This document shows, one piece after another, positions 1 to 10,032 of a DNA stretch of 64,000 nt (positions are counted from its first letter, which is position 1; each line of letters starts with the position of its first letter). The DNA lies in contig CAZVYG010000014.1 in the NCBI GenBank assembly GCA_964631605.1, positions 13,446-77,445 on the forward strand. The letters are read 5' to 3'. Origin of the DNA: an uncultured Verrucomicrobiota bacterium. Lineage in GTDB: Bacteria > Verrucomicrobiota > Verrucomicrobiia > Limisphaerales > UBA8199. A model generated the notes under the pieces. It was not told the DNA's origin. It did no database searches and saw nothing but the letters and a program-made list of their open reading frames with translations. The translations under genes were made by a program, and so were the position numbers.

Positions 1-1
1 G

Positions 2-220
2 CTGGGCTACAACGCCCCCCCGCAAACCACCCCGCCCAAGGAGCGACCCTATGCCCTCCCCGCGACCATCGAGGACGAACCCGTATTCCGGGTGATCATC
101 GAACTGGACCGTCCGCCCAAACAGGCCACGGCGCTTAACAAGTCCACGGTGCTCCGCCGAAGGGGCGCCCGCATCGAAGCAACGGTAGCCGGCATCCACG
201 AGGTCTTGCGGGTTCGTTGA
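2..220 (+). CDS. 3' end of a gene truncated by the window edge; hypothetical protein
   Basis: Frame open from the window edge to TGA at 218-220. It translates to ...YALPATIEDEPVFRVIIELDRPPKQATALNKSTVLRRRGARIEATVAGIHEVLRVR*, which has protein-like composition. No family recognised. Confidence 0.35.
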   Translation: MGYNAPPQTTPPKERPYALPATIEDEPVFRVIIELDRPPKQATALNKSTVLRRRGARIEATVAGIHEVLRVR

Positions 221-516
221 ATGGCCTTGCAACGATGGGGCGTCTCTTCCTCCTTCCTTGGGAGGCCTCGCTGGATTGCCTCGTCGGGCCACACAAGACG
301 ATCGCCCGCGCTTGGAGTTCGTCGGCTTTCTTGAACGGCAGCCCCCGCTGACCCTTAAAGAGCCGGCGCAGGTGCTGGTCGGCTGAACCGGACGTCCGGC
401 GAATCCTCAGCGGGGCCACTCAGTTGCCCGTGTCCCGTCGGAAGCGCGGCCTGCCAATCACTCGTCCCAACTGATGGAGCGGCCCCTGGGAGTGATAGGG
501 ACTCGGTTTTCTGCGT

Positions 517-2067
517 TCACACGCCTGGAGCCAGGCTGGAGCCACGATTGAACAATTGGTCCACTTTGGCCTTCACGGCCGGGTCCATCTGGATGAGCGG
601 GGGCCAGGGCCGCTTGAAGCCCTCGCCGGAAAGTTTTTTCGTGGCATCAATGCCCAGTTTGCCGCCCATGGCCATTTCGCTGGTGGCGTGGTCCAACACG
701 TCCGCCGGCCCTTTGGTGAAGAGGCTGTCGCGCTGGGGGTCCGTGTTGGCGCACAACCGAAACAACACCTCGCTGGTGTTATGCACGTCCACATCATCAT
801 CCACGACAACGATGTATTTCGTGAACATCATCTGGCCCATGCCCCAGAGGCCATGCATGATCTTATAGGCCTGCATCGGGTAGGTCTTCCGAATGCTGAC
901 GAAGACCAGGTTGTGGAACACGCCCTCGGCGGGAAGCGCAAGGTCCACGATCTCGGGAAAATTCATCTTGAACACGGGCAGGAACAGCTTCACCGCCGCA
1001 CTGCCCAGGTAAAAATCCTCCATCGGCGGACGGCCCACGATCGTGGCTGGATAAACCGCGTCTTTGCGGTGAGTAATGGCGGTGACGTGGAACACCGGGT
1101 AGGGTTCCGGCAACGTGTAAAAACCCGTGTGGTCGCCAAAGGGCCCCTCCTCGCGCAGGGGCTCGCGCGGATCCACATAGCCTTCAATGACGAAATCGGC
1201 GCTGGCCGGAACTTCAAGATCGTTGGTCTCGCACTTGACCAGTTCAACTGACTTTCTGCGGAGGTAGCCGGCCAGCAGGAATTCGTCCAGGCCGTCCGGC
1301 AACGGCGCCGTGGCGGCAAAGGGATAAACCGGATCTCCGCCCAGAAATACTGCCACCGGCATGCGCGTGCCAAGTTCCAGGTGCCGGCGGGCGTGGCGCG
1401 CCCCGACCTTCTGAAGCTGCCAATGCATGCCGGTCGAGCGGTCGTCGTAAATCTGCATGCGATACATCCCCACGTTCCGTTCCCCGGTATCCGGATCCCG
1501 AGTCACCACACAAGGCAGCGTGATGAACCGCCCCCCATCCAACGGCCAGCAACGCAGCACCGGCAGGTCCAGCAGCGTCGGACTCGGACTGCCGGCTTGC
1601 GCCCTTCCAATTGCCGGGGCGGGCGGCCAGGGTTCCGTTCGCGGGGGCGGCGCTTCGAACCGGTGAATGACCTCCTTGCAGGGACCGTCGGAGACCCGCC
1701 GCGGCCGGGCGTGGCGCAACTCCATCGCCGTCCCCAGGAGCTTGAGCGCCTCCCGAACCGACACCGGCGGTCTGGCTTTCATCAACGTCCCCAGCTCGGC
1801 CGCCACCGCCTCGACGCTCTCCGCCCCCAGGCTTAGCGCCAGGCGCTTCCACGACCCCAGCGTGTTGATCGCCACGGGAAACGGACTCGGCTTCCGGTTC
1901 ACCGTCGGTTCTTCAATCAACAATGCTTTGCCACCCCCCGGCTTCTTCATCTCGCGATCTGCCAGCTCGGTAATCTCCAGCTCGGTCGCCACCGGCAGCG
2001 CAATCCGCTTCAGCTCGCCCGCCGCTTCCAGCCGGTCCAAAAACTCGCGAAAGGAACTAAACGCCAT
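517..2067 (-). CDS. UbiD-family (de)carboxylase (menaquinone/ubiquinone biosynthesis decarboxylase type)
   Basis: ORF 517..2196. The family-typical N-terminus MAFSSFREFLDRLEAAGELKRI starts at the internal ATG at 2067. Length (about 516 aa) and conserved blocks (GPFGDHTGFYT, MHGLWGMGQMMFTK) match UbiD. The upstream 43 codons look like a spurious extension. Confidence 0.85.
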   Translation of the reverse strand: MAFSSFREFLDRLEAAGELKRIALPVATELEITELADREMKKPGGGKALLIEEPTVNRKPSPFPVAINTLGSWKRLALSLGAESVEAVAAELGTLMKARPPVSVREALKLLGTAMELRHARPRRVSDGPCKEVIHRFEAPPPRTEPWPPAPAIGRAQAGSPSPTLLDLPVLRCWPLDGGRFITLPCVVTRDPDTGERNVGMYRMQIYDDRSTGMHWQLQKVGARHARRHLELGTRMPVAVFLGGDPVYPFAATAPLPDGLDEFLLAGYLRRKSVELVKCETNDLEVPASADFVIEGYVDPREPLREEGPFGDHTGFYTLPEPYPVFHVTAITHRKDAVYPATIVGRPPMEDFYLGSAAVKLFLPVFKMNFPEIVDLALPAEGVFHNLVFVSIRKTYPMQAYKIMHGLWGMGQMMFTKYIVVVDDDVDVHNTSEVLFRLCANTDPQRDSLFTKGPADVLDHATSEMAMGGKLGIDATKKLSGEGFKRPWPPLIQMDPAVKAKVDQLFNRGSSLAPGV

Positions 2068-2239
2068 ACCGTCTGACGGTACCAGAACGCCGCGCCGGCG
2101 CAACCACCGCCACCGCTTGCGGGTTTGATTTGGGTCAAAGCCCGTCGGACCGCTCTGGCGTAAAGGTATTCCCGCGCAGATTGCCGCGGGCAACAACGCT
2201 CGCGGAGCGCGAAACCGAGACGAGAGCAGAAGAAAAATT

Positions 2240-3892
2240 ATGTTTTGTTACCAGTGCGAACAAACCTCGAAAGGAACCGGCTGCACCGATTTTGCGGTGT
2301 GTGGCAAGGATGAAGAGACGGCGGTGTTGCAGGACTTGCTGCTGCACGCGACCAAGGGGGTCGCGCAGTATGCCTGGCGAGCGCGGCAGCTCGGGGCGCG
2401 GGATGCGGCGGTGGACCGTTTTCTCCTGCGCGGCCTGTTTCTGACGGTGACGAATGTGAATTTTGATGCGGCGGCGATCGAGCGCGCGATTCGCGACGCG
2501 GCCGCGATGCGCGACCAGGCCAGGGCCCTCTACGAACAGGCGGCGGCGCGCAAGGAAGTCAAGGCCGAAGCGGTTCGCGGACCGGCCACGTGGCTGCCGG
2601 CGCCGGATCGCGCGGGCCTGGTGAACACCGGGGGAATGGTATCCGTGCTGGCGCGGCGGGACTCGTTCGGCGCGGACATCACTGGCCTGCAGGAATTGCT
2701 GACCTACGGCGTCAAAGGGCTGGCAGCCTACGCCGATCACGCCCAATTGCTCGGCCACGAAGCCGATGTGGTTTACGATTTTCTGGCCGAGTCCCTGAGC
2801 TATCTCGCCGAGGCGCAGTCCACAGTGGACGCCCTTCTCGGGCTCTGTCTCAAATGCGGCGAAATGAACCTCAAGGTGATGGAGTTGCTGGACACGGCCC
2901 ACACGCGGACCTACGGCCACCCGGTGCCCACCGCCGTGCGCGTGGAACCGGTGAAGGGGAAGTGCATCCTGGTTTCCGGCCACGATTTGAAGGACCTCGA
3001 AACGCTGCTCCGCCAGACCGAAGGCAAAGGCATCAACATCTACACCCACGGAGAGATGCTCCCCGCCCACGGTTATCCGGGGCTGAAGAAGTATCGGCAC
3101 CTGGTTGGGAACTACGGCGGCGCGTGGCAGGATCAGAAGATCGAGTTTGCCGCTTTTCCCGGCGCGATCCTGATGACCACCAACTGCATTCAGGAGCCGC
3201 AGCCCGGGTATCTGTCGCGCATTTTCACCACCGGCCATGTGGGCTGGCCGGGCGTTCGTCACGTCTCCAACGAAGATTTTACGCCGGTCATCGAGGCCGC
3301 CCTGGCCGCTCCCGGCTTCACCGAGGATGGGCCCGACAAAACCATCCTGGTCGGGTTTGGCCATCATGCCGTGCTGGGCGTTGCGGATAAAGTGATCGAG
3401 GCGGTCAAAGCCGGCGCCATCAAACATTTCTTCCTGGTGGGTGGCTGCGACGGCGCACGGACGGGGCGCGACTACTACACCGAGTTTGCCGAGCGCATTC
3501 CGCAGGATTGCGTGCTGCTCACGCTGGCGTGCGGCAAATACCGCTTCAACAAGCTGGATTTCGGCACGATCGGCGGGATTCCGCGGCTGCTCGACATCGG
3601 GCAATGCAACGACGCCTACTCCGCAATTAAGATCGCGGTGGCGCTTTCCCAGGCCTTTGGCTGCGGGGTGAACGACCTGCCGCTCTCCCTGGTGCTTTCC
3701 TGGTACGAGCAGAAGGCTGTGGCTGTCCTGCTGACCCTGCTGCATCTGGGAATTCGCAACATCCGGCTGGGTCCCACGCTGCCAGCCTTTGTAACCCCGG
3801 CCGTGCTCCAGGTGCTCGTCGAGAAGTTCAACCTCATGCCGATTAACACGGCCGAGGCGGACCTGCAAAGCATCCTGGGCAAGGCCGTTTAA
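2240..3892 (+). CDS. hcp: hydroxylamine reductase / hybrid-cluster protein
   Basis: 550 aa with the N-terminal Cys motif [23 protein letters not shown]. Conserved Hcp blocks are present throughout ([28 protein letters not shown]). Confidence 0.95.
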   Translation: MFCYQCEQTSKGTGCTDFAVCGKDEETAVLQDLLLHATKGVAQYAWRARQLGARDAAVDRFLLRGLFLTVTNVNFDAAAIERAIRDAAAMRDQARALYEQAAARKEVKAEAVRGPATWLPAPDRAGLVNTGGMVSVLARRDSFGADITGLQELLTYGVKGLAAYADHAQLLGHEADVVYDFLAESLSYLAEAQSTVDALLGLCLKCGEMNLKVMELLDTAHTRTYGHPVPTAVRVEPVKGKCILVSGHDLKDLETLLRQTEGKGINIYTHGEMLPAHGYPGLKKYRHLVGNYGGAWQDQKIEFAAFPGAILMTTNCIQEPQPGYLSRIFTTGHVGWPGVRHVSNEDFTPVIEAALAAPGFTEDGPDKTILVGFGHHAVLGVADKVIEAVKAGAIKHFFLVGGCDGARTGRDYYTEFAERIPQDCVLLTLACGKYRFNKLDFGTIGGIPRLLDIGQCNDAYSAIKIAVALSQAFGCGVNDLPLSLVLSWYEQKAVAVLLTLLHLGIRNIRLGPTLPAFVTPAVLQVLVEKFNLMPINTAEADLQSILGKAV

Positions 3893-3909
3893 GGCTTCCC
3901 TCGCGCTTC

Positions 3910-3951
3910 GTCCCGCCCGGCGCCGGTGCCGCCGGGCGGGGACTGCGTTTT
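3910..3951 (+). terminator. putative intrinsic terminator downstream of hcp
   Basis: Perfect 11-bp GC stem: CCCGCCCGGCG (3912-3922) pairs with CGCCGGGCGGG (3930-3940) around a 7-nt loop. It is followed by GACTGCGTTTT, about 20 nt after the hcp stop codon. Confidence 0.45.
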
Positions 3952-4028
3952 GAGCGGCCGGAGGGCGGCCGCACATTCCGCCGCAGTTCGGTTGAAGTCC
4001 AGACCCCATCCGAGCGTCTGATCTTCCA

Positions 4029-5375
4029 ATGCTCACGCGGGCCGAAAATGTTTTTTGCCGGGTCGCGGTTGGTGTTGCCGCACTGGCTTCGATTGCGGCA
4101 AGTCCGGGTCCTTCTTCCCGCCGGGCTTTGGACGTTGCGCCGGTCTGGACCGGCCACCCCGTCGGGTTCCACTCTCTGCTCGCGAGCAACCGCCAGTTTG
4201 TGGCCTTTTTCGATGCCGAACGCCGGATGACGGTTGCCGCGCGCAGCCTGACCGAAACCAACTGGACCTTTGCAGTCCTGCCTGAAACGCTGGGGTGGGA
4301 CAGCCACAATTACGTGACTTTCGCCCTGGATCAGGCCGGCCATGTCCACCTCAGCGGCAACATGCACGCCAAGCCCCTCGTCTATTTCCGCACCACCCGG
4401 GCGCTGGACATTCATTCTCTGGAGCGGGTTCCGGCAATGACCGGCCTGCAGGAACAGCGCGTAACTTATCCCCGCTTCTTCACCGGGCCGGCTGGTGATT
4501 TGATTTTTACCTACCGCGACGGCGGCAGCGGCAACGGCGATCAAATCTACAACATTTACGACGCGCCAACCCGGTCCTGGCGGCGGCTCCTGAAGGGTCC
4601 CTTGATTTCCGGCGAGGGTCAGAAAAGCGCCTACCTCCATGGCCCTGTGCGCGGACCAGACGGGTTTTACCATTTGGTTTGGATTTGGCGCGAGACCCCC
4701 GATTGCGCGACGTCACATTGCATCTGCTATGCGCGCAGCCGGGACTTGGTGAACTGGGAAACCAGCCGCGGGACGCCGCTGTTGCTCCCGATCACCTTCC
4801 AGACCGGCGAGGTGGTGGACCCCGTCCCCATGCACGGGGGCGCGGTCAACGGCAATGTCGCCCTCGGCTTCGACGCCCAAAAGCGGCCGATTGTTTCCTA
4901 TCACAAGTTCGACGCGAACGGCTTCACCCAGGTCTATAACACGCGTCTCGAAAATGGCCGGTGGGTTCAGCATCAGGCAACCGATTGGAGGCATCGCTGG
5001 GAGTTTGGTGGCGGCGGCTCGATCCCCTTCGAGGTTCGCGTCGGCCCGGTCAACCTCGACGCGGCCAACCAATTGACCCAGCACTTTTCCAGCCGCGAAA
5101 AAGACTCGGGCACATGGCTGCTCGATGACCGGAACCTCAGGCCGATGCGCCGCGTCCCGGCGGCGGATGCCGGAATCGCCGACCTGCGGAAGGTCCGGTC
5201 AGCCTTCCCCGGCATGCAGGTTCACCTCGTGCCGGTGCAGGGTTCCAACACCGGCCCGGCAACCCTCTGGTTGCGCTGGGAAACTCTGGACGCGAACCGC
5301 GACCGGCCTCGCACGCGTCCGTTGCCCCCGCCCGGCAGGCTCGAAGTTTACGAAATCGCTCAACCGAAACCCTGA
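4029..5375 (+). CDS. BNR-4 repeat-containing (sialidase-fold-like) protein, probably secreted
   Basis: 448 aa with a hydrophobic N-terminus. The block HNYVTFALDQAGHVHLSGNMHAKPLVYFRT and the repeated W/Y-rich beta-propeller-like segments recall the BNR-4 family (PF15892). Assigned from memory. Confidence 0.6.
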   Translation: MLTRAENVFCRVAVGVAALASIAASPGPSSRRALDVAPVWTGHPVGFHSLLASNRQFVAFFDAERRMTVAARSLTETNWTFAVLPETLGWDSHNYVTFALDQAGHVHLSGNMHAKPLVYFRTTRALDIHSLERVPAMTGLQEQRVTYPRFFTGPAGDLIFTYRDGGSGNGDQIYNIYDAPTRSWRRLLKGPLISGEGQKSAYLHGPVRGPDGFYHLVWIWRETPDCATSHCICYARSRDLVNWETSRGTPLLLPITFQTGEVVDPVPMHGGAVNGNVALGFDAQKRPIVSYHKFDANGFTQVYNTRLENGRWVQHQATDWRHRWEFGGGGSIPFEVRVGPVNLDAANQLTQHFSSREKDSGTWLLDDRNLRPMRRVPAADAGIADLRKVRSAFPGMQVHLVPVQGSNTGPATLWLRWETLDANRDRPRTRPLPPPGRLEVYEIAQPKP

Positions 5376-5472
5376 ACCCAACGCAGCCCCACGCTGTCCC
5401 TGTCAGCGGCTAGGCTGGGCAATCCGTGCGAAAATGCATTTCAACCGCAACGCGGTTGCGCTGGCTTTGGAT

Positions 5473-7818
5473 TCACCTCCCGTCCGCATGGCGCAACCTT
5501 TTCGAGGCGGGTCTGTTCTGCTCATTGGCAACCGGAGCCAGTTGCTGGGCGAACTCCTTGATCTGTGTGTGGAGGCCAAGCACGAGCAATTCATCCCCCA
5601 CTTGGAAGGAGTCCCGCCCGCTGGGCGAGAGAATCCGCTGAGCACCGCGCCGAATGCCGCCGATTTGAATGCCATATTTGCGGATAAGGTCCAATTCCGC
5701 CAACGGGCGGCCCGCCAGCGGACAACCCGGCGGCACCGCCACCGTTTCCATCGTCAGCTCATCGAAACCCGTCTGCCATTCCGAGGCGGATTCATAGTTG
5801 AGCAACTTCCGCCTTGCCCGTGCCAACTCCGCATGGCCGCCGAGCAACAAAAGCTTGTCGTGGGGATAAAGCACCGTCTCAGCGCCGGGATTGACCAGAC
5901 TGTAGCCCTGCCGGTCAATGCCCACCACCGAGCAACCGAACTCGCTGCGCAGCGCAAGTTGGCCCAGGGTTTTGCCCGCGTGCGGTGTGTCGCCGGGCAA
6001 AGTGACTTCATCAATTTCGAGCTTCCAATCGGTGGTCTGCTGCGGCAGGTAGTCGGACCACGCGGAAGCTGAGGTTGGCTGGCTGGCGCGATGCAACTGC
6101 TCCAGCAACTCGATCTCGACCCGGCTTTGCCATTTGATGAAGCGCCGCCAGAAGACCACCGCCACCACCCCCAGCAACAGCACCACCCCGCCTGCCGCAC
6201 CCAGCAGCGACCATCCGCTGGGCAACAGCGCCAGCAGCCAGGCCGCCAGCACGCCCAGCGCCACCGCGGTCAGCGCCCGCTCGAGCAACGGACGCAAGAT
6301 GCGCTGTCGCCGCACCCCGGTTGTCGCGGCGTCCGCCACCATCATGGACAGCGCAACAATATTGCGCCAAATCGCGATCAGCGGGGCCAGCAGCACCGCC
6401 CCGAACAGACTCCAAAACACAAACGGCAACGCCTGCGGGAAGGGCCCGTCGGCTTCCAGGCTCCCGCGAGCCCGCTCATAAATCGGGCGCACAAACAACA
6501 GCAAAGCGGAGACAAACAGGACATAAACGCCCACCTGGAGCAAACGCTTCCGCGTGAGCCGCCACAGAATCCCCGCCGTCTGGCGCGTGCGCAGCCGCAG
6601 GAGCCAGTCATGATAGAAATCCACCCACTGGCGCAGGAAGCGGGGCTCCATCCGCGCCAGGCGTTCGCTGAGCGGCTCGGCATGACGTGTCAGCACAGGC
6701 GCGGCCAGCGCCGTCAGCAGGGCCGCTCCCGCCGCCACTGGATAAACGCTTTTCGGCAGCAGCCCCGTTTCCACCCCCAATTGCGCGATGACGAACGTGA
6801 ATTCGCCCAGCGGCACCAGCGACAAGCCGGCCTGGATGGACTCGCGGCTCGAGTTCCCGACCACAATGAAGCCCAGGGTGCAGGCCAGCGGCCGCAATCC
6901 CAGGGCCAGAACGGTCACCACGATCAAATAGGGCCAGGCCTCCCGCAACAGCCGAAAATCCACCATCATTCCGACTGCGACAAAAAACACCGCGCCAAAA
7001 AGCTGTCGCAAACCGTCAAAACCGCGTTCGATATCGCTCTTATAGCGCGTGCTGCCGACCACCACCCCAAAAATAAACGCGCCCAGGGCCAGCGAATACC
7101 CCACGTAAACCGCCAGCGATGCCAGGGATAGAAGCACCCCCGCCACCACCAGCGTGCGGATTTCCAGCGTCGCCTCGCGGCTCAGCCGGGTGAGCAGCTT
7201 TGGGATGATCAACAGCGACATCACCGCCAGAAACACAATAAACGCGCCCAGGGTTCCCAGGGTCGGCAGCAGCGAGGGCGACGCGGCGCCCTGGTACCGC
7301 GCCAGCGACGACAACAGCGTCAGCATCGTAATGGCCACCAGGTCCTCGAGCACCGTCACTGCCAGCGCCAGTTGGCCGGGACGCTCGTGGGTGAGGTTCA
7401 GTTCCTCCAGCACCTTGCTGATGATGGCCGAACTGGAAACCATCAACATCCCGGCAAGGAAAAGGCTCGCGGTGGTCGTCCAGCCCATCGCCCAGCCAAA
7501 GATGCGGCAGCCGTTCAACACCAGGACCGCGCTGATGACCGTGGCGACCACGGTGGAAAGCCCCAGCCGCTTCAACCGGCTCAGGCTCAGGTTCAGTCCA
7601 ATGGAAAACACCAGGAACACCAGCCCGATTTGCGCCAGAGTCTGAACCCGCTCCAAGTCGGCCACCAGGGCAAACGGCGGCGTAAACGGCCCGATGATGG
7701 TGCCCGCAACCAGGTAGCCCACGACAGCCGACAAACCCAGCCGCTGGCAAATCCACGCCGCAATCCCGGCTGTCACCAACACCACCGCCAGGTCTCGAAT
7801 GAAGACGATGCCCGTCAT
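5473..7818 (-). CDS. cation:proton antiporter (CPA2/Kef-like) with two C-terminal RCK/TrkA-C domains
   Basis: ORF 5473..7944. The likely start is MTGIVFIRDLAVVLVTAGIAAWICQRLGLSAVVGYLVAGTIIGP, a typical Na_H_Exchanger N-terminus. The protein has many TM segments. Two TrkA-C-like repeats lie near the C-terminus (LPGDTPHAGKTLGQLALRSEFGCSVVGIDRQG and VPPGCPLAGRPLAELDLIRKYGIQIGGIRRG). Confidence 0.85.
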   Translation of the reverse strand: MTGIVFIRDLAVVLVTAGIAAWICQRLGLSAVVGYLVAGTIIGPFTPPFALVADLERVQTLAQIGLVFLVFSIGLNLSLSRLKRLGLSTVVATVISAVLVLNGCRIFGWAMGWTTTASLFLAGMLMVSSSAIISKVLEELNLTHERPGQLALAVTVLEDLVAITMLTLLSSLARYQGAASPSLLPTLGTLGAFIVFLAVMSLLIIPKLLTRLSREATLEIRTLVVAGVLLSLASLAVYVGYSLALGAFIFGVVVGSTRYKSDIERGFDGLRQLFGAVFFVAVGMMVDFRLLREAWPYLIVVTVLALGLRPLACTLGFIVVGNSSRESIQAGLSLVPLGEFTFVIAQLGVETGLLPKSVYPVAAGAALLTALAAPVLTRHAEPLSERLARMEPRFLRQWVDFYHDWLLRLRTRQTAGILWRLTRKRLLQVGVYVLFVSALLLFVRPIYERARGSLEADGPFPQALPFVFWSLFGAVLLAPLIAIWRNIVALSMMVADAATTGVRRQRILRPLLERALTAVALGVLAAWLLALLPSGWSLLGAAGGVVLLLGVVAVVFWRRFIKWQSRVEIELLEQLHRASQPTSASAWSDYLPQQTTDWKLEIDEVTLPGDTPHAGKTLGQLALRSEFGCSVVGIDRQGYSLVNPGAETVLYPHDKLLLLGGHAELARARRKLLNYESASEWQTGFDELTMETVAVPPGCPLAGRPLAELDLIRKYGIQIGGIRRGAQRILSPSGRDSFQVGDELLVLGLHTQIKEFAQQLAPVANEQNRPASKRLRHADGR

Positions 7819-7837
7819 AATCGGCTGGTGCCCAAGC

Positions 7838-9646
7838 TTACTGGAACCGGTAATTCCACCGGCGGTTGGGCGCGCTGTCGCCGTTGACACCCAGCTCGGA
7901 CACCTCGCCGAAACTCTGCACGTTGTCCGCCCAGTGAAAATCAAATGCCGGCGCCTTTCCTACGTCCTGGCCCACCGCCTTGCGCGCCAGGCTCAACTCC
8001 ATCCCGTTGCCGTTGACGCGGTACTCGGCCCGTCCAACCGTCTGCCAACTGCCGGCCCGCCAGGCTTTCACCGTGGTCTCGGTCTCTCCCGGCACCTCGA
8101 GGTTGATGATAAAATCGTACCCGAGCCAGCCGGTGCCACCGTTCTGGTCGGCATCCAGGAGCAACAGCATCCAGTGCGGATCCGTTCGCGGAGTGATCCG
8201 CTCCCGCGTCTGAACGAAAAAGAACAGCCGGCGGGCGTCATAGGCCGCTTTGGCAATCACAAAATCGTTGCGTCCCGTATCGTTCCGATACACCACGCCG
8301 CCGTAGCCCGGGTGCTCCCGGTGGATGGTGTCGCCGATCGTGTCCCGGTACTCCGGCGCCACCCCCCGCCAGTCTTCGAACTCGCCGTCAATCCGAATCC
8401 GGCTCGGGCCCGGCGATGTGGGCGGCGGGCGGACGCCTTTGAACCGGCGCACATAGCCGGCCAGTTGATAATAGTAGTTGTCGGTGTGGCCGCCCCGCAT
8501 GGGCTCGCAGTCGCGGCTGTATTCCTGCGTGTATTGGTCCACAAACAGCCCGCCAGGAAAGTAGCAATCCGCGTCGGTGTACTTGCTCCAGCGCGTGTAG
8601 CGTCCGGCGGTCCACTCATTCCAGCCGGTGACGAAGATGAACTCCGGGTCGGCCCGCAGGGCGTGTTCCCATTGCTCCGCGAAGTTCAGGCCGAGGTTCA
8701 CCGCCTCCGGGCGCGGGTCCTTGCCGCCGTCGTGCCAACTTCGCCCCATCGCCCCCTGTTTGTGGCTCATCGGCGCCGGTCCGGGCGTGTTGGGCAGCGC
8801 ATTCTGTGCCACTCCCACGCTCATCTGCTCGAGCTCGCCCACGCGGTTTGTGAACCCATGCTGCGGATGCACCTCCAGCCAGCTCCATTGGTCGGGGCCG
8901 CTCGGCCCCAGCCAGTAATCCGGCATCGGCCGCCGGAATGTAAAAAATTCCACCATTTCCGGCGCCTCAAGATATTCCTTGTTGGCCAGCAACAGAGGCT
9001 TGCCCCTCCAAAGATACCACAACTCCCGCCAAAGACCGGGGCTGTATAAATCACGCCAGAGCCGGTCCGTGACCGGTCGCGGGTCGCCGAACGGCGCGAT
9101 GAAAGCGATGGCGGGAGTGCGTGCTCCCTCGCGTCTCATGGCGGTGTATTCACGGCACAAGGCCTCGTACTGGTCCTTCCACGTGAACGGGGGATTCGTC
9201 GTGTCGAACAGGATGACGTCTATGCCCGCGTCCGCCAGCGCGCTGGCGTGCTTCCGGATCACGAAGGGGTCGGTCATGATGTAGTAGCCCAGCTCCGGTT
9301 CGCCCCAGTGATGCGGCGCGCCGTTCGCCGGCCAGGCAATCCTGCCGTCCTTCGCCGTGGCGATGAGCCGCGTGTTGTCGTTGGGCCCCCCCGACCGGGG
9401 CACATGCCACGTCCAATAGAAAATACCCACCTGCTTCCCCGGCCGCACTGGGCCACATTCTTTCCGCCCGGGAACCACCCGGCCCGCGCCATCGGTCGCC
9501 ACCCACGTGTCGGCGAACACATCCTCCCCCGCGTAAGGCCGCCCCTCGTATTGGGCTGCGGCCGTCGGCCGGCCCCCGCCAAGCATGCCCCACACGGCGA
9601 GCGCCGCAAGTAGGTTGCGCCCCCGGAACAGAAAGCTCATCGCCAT
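7838..9646 (-). CDS. secreted putative glycoside hydrolase (TIM-barrel-like, GWNEW motif) with a C-terminal beta-sandwich domain
   Basis: ORF 7838..9763. A signal-peptide-like start, MAMSFLFRGRNLLAALAVWGMLGG, lies at 9646. Motifs GIFYWTWH, DVILFDTTN and FVTGWNEWTAG resemble GH99/GH71-like families. The family assignment is uncertain. Confidence 0.55.
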   Translation of the reverse strand: MAMSFLFRGRNLLAALAVWGMLGGGRPTAAAQYEGRPYAGEDVFADTWVATDGAGRVVPGRKECGPVRPGKQVGIFYWTWHVPRSGGPNDNTRLIATAKDGRIAWPANGAPHHWGEPELGYYIMTDPFVIRKHASALADAGIDVILFDTTNPPFTWKDQYEALCREYTAMRREGARTPAIAFIAPFGDPRPVTDRLWRDLYSPGLWRELWYLWRGKPLLLANKEYLEAPEMVEFFTFRRPMPDYWLGPSGPDQWSWLEVHPQHGFTNRVGELEQMSVGVAQNALPNTPGPAPMSHKQGAMGRSWHDGGKDPRPEAVNLGLNFAEQWEHALRADPEFIFVTGWNEWTAGRYTRWSKYTDADCYFPGGLFVDQYTQEYSRDCEPMRGGHTDNYYYQLAGYVRRFKGVRPPPTSPGPSRIRIDGEFEDWRGVAPEYRDTIGDTIHREHPGYGGVVYRNDTGRNDFVIAKAAYDARRLFFFVQTRERITPRTDPHWMLLLLDADQNGGTGWLGYDFIINLEVPGETETTVKAWRAGSWQTVGRAEYRVNGNGMELSLARKAVGQDVGKAPAFDFHWADNVQSFGEVSELGVNGDSAPNRRWNYRFQ

Positions 9647-9798
9647 GCTGCCATTCTGGCCGGAGAGGGTTTCGTTGACACGAAAAAATGGAATCGAAAC
9701 GGCGTATTCCAATTGCGTTGGTCGGACGGCCAAGCCTGCCCCCCTTACAGGGGGTGAAAACACCTTTGTTGAATTGGTCCGCGGGCGGCGGGTTTGGC

Positions 9799-10008
9799 TC
9801 AGCCGCCAGCCACGATCTTGACGATCTCGAGGCGGTCGCCGCTTTTAACCTGGCGGCTGGCGAACTCGGACGGCGCCACCGCCTCGCCATTGTGCTCGAC
9901 CACCACGCTGCGCGGCGGCAGTTGTTGCCCCCGCAGGAAAGCCTCCAGCGAGCAAGGCAGTTCCGCCTCAATGATCCTGCCGTTGGCGGTGACAGTGCCG
10001 GTTTTCAT
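9799..10008 (-). CDS. thiS: sulfur carrier protein ThiS
   Basis: 69 aa with a ubiquitin-like size and a C-terminal ...RLEIVKIVAGG ending in Gly-Gly. It lies immediately downstream of thiH. Confidence 0.85.
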   Translation of the reverse strand: MKTGTVTANGRIIEAELPCSLEAFLRGQQLPPRSVVVEHNGEAVAPSEFASRQVKSGDRLEIVKIVAGG

Positions 10009-10032
10009 AAATCCGGAGGTCTCCTCGCCAGT

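Noticed and set aside
135-419. Minus-strand ORFs 49..294 and 135..419 near the window start.
   Set aside because: They are basic and low-complexity, and they overlap the better-looking plus-strand C-terminal fragment (2..220). No motif recognised.
2068-2239. Possible FNR/HcpR or NsrR operator upstream of hcp (inverted repeat CCCGCG-N8-CGCGGG around 2170-2195).
   Set aside because: It does not resemble the TTGAT-N4-ATCAA or TGTGA-N6-TCACA consensus known for hcp regulators. A short GC-rich repeat like this is expected by chance in this genome.
2135-4309. A 724-aa minus-strand ORF antisense to hcp. The same kind of long shadow ORF occurs at 18074..20074(+), 25611..27995(-), 29007..30770(-), 33553..35193(-), 41276..43846(+), 41730..43103(-), 50630..51853(-) and 52994..55444(-).
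   Set aside because: Their composition is Arg/Gly/Pro/Ala-rich and low-complexity, with no motifs. Each is fully antisense or out of frame to a gene with strong family motifs. Such ORFs are a typical artefact of stop-codon-poor high-GC DNA.
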